From NCBI GenBank assembly GCA_964397315.1, contig CAYNHV010000002.1, positions 23,167 to 87,166 on the forward strand: DNA of 64,000 bases, read 5' to 3'. This document shows, piece by piece, positions 59,896 to 64,000 of this stretch (its first letter is position 1; every line of letters begins with the position of its first letter). The notes under the pieces are model-generated. The model was not told the DNA's origin, searched no databases, and saw only the letters and a list, made by a program, of their open reading frames with translations. Both the position numbers and the translations under genes were made by a program. Origin of the DNA: an uncultured Methanosarcinales archaeon. Its GTDB lineage: Archaea > Nanobdellota > Nanobdellia > Woesearchaeales > UBA12501.

Positions 59896-60069
59896 TGAAT
59901 GAAGTAAAAAACCAAAAACAGAAAAACTTTAGGATAAAAGTTATAACATCAGGCAGGACAGGCCATAAGCTTGTCATAATCGAAGATGAAAGAGACAGAA
60001 ACAGGGTTGACATCTATTCTCTAAGATACTTCGAAGCGATTGTGAAAAGAATTAACAGTTGCTGCTAAT
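59896..60069 (+). CDS. Small hypothetical protein (57 aa)
   Basis: MNEVKNQKQKNFRIKVITSGRTGHKLVIIEDERDRNRVDIYSLRYFEAIVKRINSCC. GGAGG SD upstream. Confidence 0.3.
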
Positions 60070-60135
60070 TTTTTCTTCTTATTCTTTATATTTTTTTTAG
60101 ACGCTATTTCTTCATTATACGAAGGCTTAAAAAAA

Positions 60136-60170
60136 GGGCTGGAGTCTCCCCCAGCCCTTTGCTGTTTTGG
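60136..60170. terminator. GC-rich hairpin GGGCTGG-AGTCTCCC-CCAGCCC flanked by A- and T-tracts, between convergent genes
   Basis: 7-bp perfect stem flanked by AAAAAAA on the 5' side and TTTGCTGTTTT on the 3' side. A bidirectional terminator-like structure. Confidence 0.4.
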
Positions 60171-60185
60171 TTGTTCGGTTGCGGG

Positions 60186-60503
60186 TTAGCTTTCGGCTTG
60201 TTTGCCTTTGCCGTTCAGGTGGATTTTCTGGGCGATGATTTTCAGCCTGCTTCTGTTCCGGCCTTCGTTGTCCTGGAATCTTTCCTGTTTGAGCCTGCCT
60301 TCAACCTGCATGGCCTTTCCCTTGCTGATGTACTGTCCGGCTATGTCCGCCAGTCCGTTGAAGCACGTTATTGGCAGGTAGCTGACGTTGTCGTCGTAGT
60401 TGCAGGCCAGCGTGAAGGTGGCGATTTTCAGGCCTTCCGCTTCCTTGTACTCCGCGTCTTTTGTGGCCCTTCCGCTTACGATTGTTTTGTTGAGGTCTCT
60501 CAT
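60186..60503 (-). CDS. ssb: Single-stranded DNA-binding protein, bacterial OB-fold type
   Basis: LNKTIVSGRATKDAEYKEAEGLKIATFTLACN...GQYISKGKAMQVEGRL...SRLKIIAQKIHL follows the bacterial SSB pattern; 105 aa. Confidence 0.7.
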   Translation of the reverse strand: MRDLNKTIVSGRATKDAEYKEAEGLKIATFTLACNYDDNVSYLPITCFNGLADIAGQYISKGKAMQVEGRLKQERFQDNEGRNRSRLKIIAQKIHLNGKGKQAES

Positions 60504-60671
60504 CTTCTTCTCTCCTTTCCGAGGGTTAGGGGTTTAGTTTGGTATGTTGTAAATATTTTGTGTGGCGAGGGGTTTCTTCCCCCCTCGCCGTTTCGCAGCT
60601 GCTCCACCCGCAGAAGGGGCAGTGGAAGCATCCTCCGGCTGGTATGAGCCTTGCTCCGCAGTCCGGGCATC

Positions 60672-61487
60672 TCATTTCTGGCTCCTTTCCTCCCATCTGC
60701 TCAGGATTTTCCTGCTGGTCTGGTGTATGGCCTCAAGGGATTCCTCAAGGCTGCAGGACTTCTGATAAAGGGCTAAGTATTTCTCCGAGTTCGTCTCCGG
60801 GATTCCGAGAGCCTGGGCGACGACGTAGGCGGTGGCTTCTGCCTCAAGCTCCTTCTGCTCCCTGGTAAGCTTTGGCCTTGTCTCCGGGTTCCAGTGCAGC
60901 AGCTCGTGGGCAAGCTCGTGAATGAGAATTAAAGCTTTCTCAGTGGGGTTCTTGCTGCTCTGGATTTTGATTTTTCCGTTGGTTGAGACTCCCTCGCAGT
61001 TGGCAAGGTCTGCGAATTCAACCTCAATATTCCTCTCCCCGGCCAGTTTGAGGAGCTTTTCCAGTGCCCCGGCGTGGGTGTCATCTATGGGCTTGAATTC
61101 TATCTCCGGCATCTCCTCGCCTTCTGTCTGGCTGATGTCAAAAACGCAAACCGGGAAAAAGAAGGAAACGTCCTTCTCAACCTCAATCTCCTCTCCTGTC
61201 TCCGGGTCAACCTCTGTCTCCTTCTTCTTATAAGTGGATGGGGCAAGTATGCTTATTCCTTTTTCTCCTTTTCTGACCTGCCTTCCCAGCTTCTGCCATG
61301 TCCTGTATCCCGCCACTCTCGTGGCCTGCGGGTTCTGAAAGTGAATCAACAGCGTGTTCCGCCATGAGTAGGAATGAAAATGCGCCATGCAGTCCAGGAC
61401 AGCCCTGAACTCCTCTGAGGACTGAATCTCCCTGATTCCCTCGCTAAGCTTCTTTAACAACGCCTTTGTCTTCTCTCTGCCTTTCAT
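60672..61487 (-). CDS. ardC: ArdC-like antirestriction protein (ssDNA-binding N-domain plus HExxH metalloprotease C-domain)
   Basis: N-terminal domain FHSYSWRNTLLIHFQNPQATRVAGYRTWQKLGRQVRKGEKGISILAP is the ArdC-N/DUF1738 signature. C-terminal LILIHELAHELLHW. ORF extends to 61541; Met start taken at 61487. Confidence 0.75.
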   Translation of the reverse strand: MKGREKTKALLKKLSEGIREIQSSEEFRAVLDCMAHFHSYSWRNTLLIHFQNPQATRVAGYRTWQKLGRQVRKGEKGISILAPSTYKKKETEVDPETGEEIEVEKDVSFFFPVCVFDISQTEGEEMPEIEFKPIDDTHAGALEKLLKLAGERNIEVEFADLANCEGVSTNGKIKIQSSKNPTEKALILIHELAHELLHWNPETRPKLTREQKELEAEATAYVVAQALGIPETNSEKYLALYQKSCSLEESLEAIHQTSRKILSRWEERSQK

Positions 61488-61488
61488 T

Positions 61489-61716
61489 TTATAAATCCTC
61501 CTCTCCGAAATTGAAATGAAGCTGCTCTGAATTAACCTCAACCTTCGACAGCCTCACCCGGCTGCCCTTGACCTCAACCTTGAAACCTGCCAAAAACTGC
61601 ATCCCTGTTTCCTCAACGAATTCCATCACCTCGCTTTCCAAAGCCGGGATGTCCTCGGCCAGCCTCTGCCTGAAATAAAGGCTTCTCAAAACCCTTGCTG
61701 CCTGCTTAACCGTCAT
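61489..61716 (-). CDS. Small hypothetical protein (75 aa) upstream of the ardC-like gene
   Basis: ORF only; stop immediately adjacent to the ardC start. Confidence 0.3.
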   Translation of the reverse strand: MTVKQAARVLRSLYFRQRLAEDIPALESEVMEFVEETGMQFLAGFKVEVKGSRVRLSKVEVNSEQLHFNFGEEDL

Positions 61717-62197
61717 AACTTCCTAACTCCTAAACCCCCACAAAACCATTTTTTTCTTCCCTCTCTTCACCCCGGGACAGAGAGAGGAAGAAAAAACAGA
61801 TATAGGAAGATTCCGGAGCTTCCCGGAATAAAGCCTTAGAAAATCTTATTTTTTCAGGTTGTCAGAGGGTGAGCGGAGCTACGCTCGGGAAGGGGCTGTC
61901 GGTTCTGAAAAAATTAAGTGCAAGGGAAATTTTGAATCGCGAAGAATTTTTTCAGGCAAACACTCCCAGCAGCTCTAAATAACTGAAAAAAGAGGAAAAT
62001 TTCCTGCAGCACAGAAGATTTTCAAGGAATTTTTGGAGGGAAAACGAAGGAATCACAACCGCAAAAAGAAAAAAAGCCCCCAATGGGGGTTTGGGGGGAT
62101 TAAAAGTTCAAATGGATTGACGAATTAGATATTTTTGTTAACTTATGCTAAAAAAGGTAATTTTGGATAAGCTAATTCTTGAAAAGGAGGTTTTTTA

Positions 62198-62455
62198 ATG
62201 AATTTTTTGCATTATGAGATTGATGCTGGACCCGATAATGTAATTGAAGTAACACTTGATAAACAAGCTAATGTTCGTTTACTAGATGGTGATAATTTCC
62301 GTAAGTATAAACGAGGTGGAAAGCATAACTATTATGGAGGTCTTGCAAAAGTTTCCCCTTTTAGAATTTCTCCACCACGTCAAGGCCATTGGCATTTAGT
62401 TATAGACCTCGGAGGATACCCAGGAACGGTCAAAGCATCCGTAAGCGTTATATAG
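62198..62455 (+). CDS. DUF1883-like small protein (85 aa)
   Basis: MNFLHYEIDAGPDNVIEVTLDKQANVRLLDGDNFRKYKRGGKHNYYGGLAKVSPFRISPPRQGHWHLVIDLGGYPGTVKASVSVI matches my recollection of the DUF1883 pattern (NVxLxDxxNFxxYKxG...YxGGxAK...P..GHWHxxxD). SD AAGGAGG 8 nt upstream. Confidence 0.5.
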   Translation: MNFLHYEIDAGPDNVIEVTLDKQANVRLLDGDNFRKYKRGGKHNYYGGLAKVSPFRISPPRQGHWHLVIDLGGYPGTVKASVSVI

Positions 62456-62464
62456 AGGATAAAG

Positions 62465-62863
62465 TTGGATAATCCAGAGGACGTAAGAAAAGAGAAAGAG
62501 TTTCACCCTGCCATAAGGCGTGCTCGTATATCAACTCTTATCATATATGAGATTTCGGACAGTGAGCTTGATACTATTGCACGTGGCTCACCAGCATCCA
62601 TATATTTAAACTTAGCAATATTTTTATTAACTGTTTTTATTTCATTTCTAATTACTCTACTTACAACTCCTCCTAGCCCAAACAGAATGTTTACAGTCTT
62701 TTTGGTAATCGCTGCTATTTCCTTTGTAGGTGGCTTTACACTTTTGTGTTTATGGGTGCATAGATATAGGTCTACAACTAAGATGATAGATACCATCAAG
62801 AATAGACTTCCACCCGAAGGAGTACCTGAAATTATGACAGAAGAAGATGATAATAAGAAATAA
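62465..62863 (+). CDS. Small membrane protein (132 aa, 2 TM)
   Basis: Two hydrophobic helices; starts 10 nt after the DUF1883-like gene. Confidence 0.4.
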   Translation: MDNPEDVRKEKEFHPAIRRARISTLIIYEISDSELDTIARGSPASIYLNLAIFLLTVFISFLITLLTTPPSPNRMFTVFLVIAAISFVGGFTLLCLWVHRYRSTTKMIDTIKNRLPPEGVPEIMTEEDDNKK

Positions 62864-62898
62864 TTGCAGAGCAGATCTGTAGTGAAAGGACCGAAAGA

Positions 62899-63330
62899 AT
62901 GGAAGATGTCGAAAAAGTAAAAGCCTATGTCGAACTTGGTAAGATACAAATGGATCGTTTTAATAAGCGACGCGATATTGAATGGAAAGTTACGATTTTG
63001 ATATGGACAGGAATTTTTGTCCTTACTGGATTTCTGGCCGGCAAAGCTAAAATGGAGTTGGCAGATCTTTTTCTTTATGCTGCAATATGGATCATTTTTT
63101 CTTTTGGCTGGACTCCCGGTCTTTGGATGGCTAATGAAACTGATAAACAATACGCCGAGGTATATCTTAACAGAGTTGAGCTACTAATTGGGCACACGTG
63201 TATAAAAAAGAAGTTTGAAAAACCACGACGTTTTGGATTCCTCCGTAATTGGTCGAGGCTTTCTCAAATCATTGTAACTGGGATTTTGTTGTTTTTTAGC
63301 TGGTGTTTTCTGACAAGAATTCCAGTATGA
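62899..63330 (+). CDS. Small membrane protein (143 aa, 3 TM)
   Basis: Hydrophobic helices; co-oriented with the two preceding genes. Confidence 0.4.
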   Translation: MEDVEKVKAYVELGKIQMDRFNKRRDIEWKVTILIWTGIFVLTGFLAGKAKMELADLFLYAAIWIIFSFGWTPGLWMANETDKQYAEVYLNRVELLIGHTCIKKKFEKPRRFGFLRNWSRLSQIIVTGILLFFSWCFLTRIPV

Positions 63331-63403
63331 TCAAGGCGGGTTTTAGAATAAATCTTGGCTTACACTACTATTGTTTAACTTCTTATTTGTGAGGATAGGA
63401 TGA

Positions 63404-63880
63404 TTATCGTTTTTTGTCGTTCATTTGTTTTGATAATGAAGGTGTCAAAATAAGGGGGGTAGAAGATTTTAGAATTCGAAATTTGAAAAATATATTTATG
63501 CAGCACATTGTTATACCAAATAGATATATGAAAATAAAAATATCAATAATCTTTACTGATAAGGATGATGGTTGAATCGAAAAGGCTGAACAAAAAAGGA
63601 TGTGGAAGAATGAGAAGAACATTAAAGAAATAATAGAGGTGAGAAGCACTTCAATCGAACCGGGTAAACGGTCGGATATGTTCTTTAATTTTAGCATCTC
63701 TTTTGAGGGGCCAAGTGGCTGACGACAATATTTTTCAAACCTATATTGTTCAAAATAGTATTGACTGCATAGATTTATCAAAATGCTCATCAATGACCAT
63801 GACGCAATAAACGCTCCCAAGCCAGTTGCAAAAATAAGGAATGGTAAATTGCCGGGTAATAGCGAGACTGCTTTATCCAT
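63404..63880 (-). CDS. Membrane protein (158 aa)
   Basis: Four predicted TM helices; AT-rich. Confidence 0.35.
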   Translation of the reverse strand: MDKAVSLLPGNLPFLIFATGLGAFIASWSLMSILINLCSQYYFEQYRFEKYCRQPLGPSKEMLKLKNISDRLPGSIEVLLTSIISLMFFSFFHILFCSAFSIQPSSLSVKIIDIFIFIYLFGITMCCINIFFKFRILKSSTPLILTPSLSKQMNDKKR

Positions 63881-64000
63881 AAATAAATCCTTAGCAAGAC
63901 AAATGAATTTACTGGCTATTTACTCTGCTTTCAATTCCATTCGGATAAGGTCGAGCTGGAATATGAAGCTCTTTCAATATTTTCTCGAAATAGCTACGAT

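Larger units (their letters stand above)
51842..64000 (+). mobile_element. Integrated mobile element adjacent to the tRNA; right end beyond the window
   Basis: Integrase gene starts ~65 nt after the tRNA 3' end. Cargo: MerR-like regulator, HerA/VirB4-like ATPase, bacterial-type SSB, ArdC-like protein and DUF1883-like protein. Mosaic GC content with AT-rich blocks at 53.3–55.6 kb and 62.1–64 kb. Confidence 0.6.

Overview
This window reads as an archaeal chromosomal segment. The archaeal/eukaryal-type genes are ribosomal protein S3Ae, Pth2, class-I LysRS, Taw1/TYW1, a DRG-type GTPase, an HTH-fused CTP-dependent riboflavin kinase, and intron-containing tRNAs. Housekeeping content includes an intein-containing gyrB, a complete diaminopimelate-lysine biosynthesis cluster (lysC, dapB, dapA, asd, lysA, dapF, a dapL-like aminotransferase), panD, corA, mscS and a MoxR–VWA pair.

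The most unusual feature is a family of seven modular, structured intergenic repeat elements scattered through the window. Six of the seven sit immediately upstream of, and in the same orientation as, a downstream gene or tRNA.

Two regions look foreign. An AT-rich island (~28.7–36.1 kb) carries a translationally coupled STAND (NACHT) NTPase and Ser/Thr kinase gene pair. From ~51.8 kb to the window end there is an integrated element next to a multi-intron tRNA. It has a tyrosine integrase, a HerA/VirB4-like ATPase, a bacterial-type SSB, an ArdC-like antirestriction protein, and a small DUF1883-like protein followed by membrane proteins.

Three tRNA genes carry introns, apparently two or more each. 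All coordinates for tRNAs and repeats were counted by hand and may be off by 1–2 nt. CDS coordinates follow the supplied ORF track and include the stop codon.
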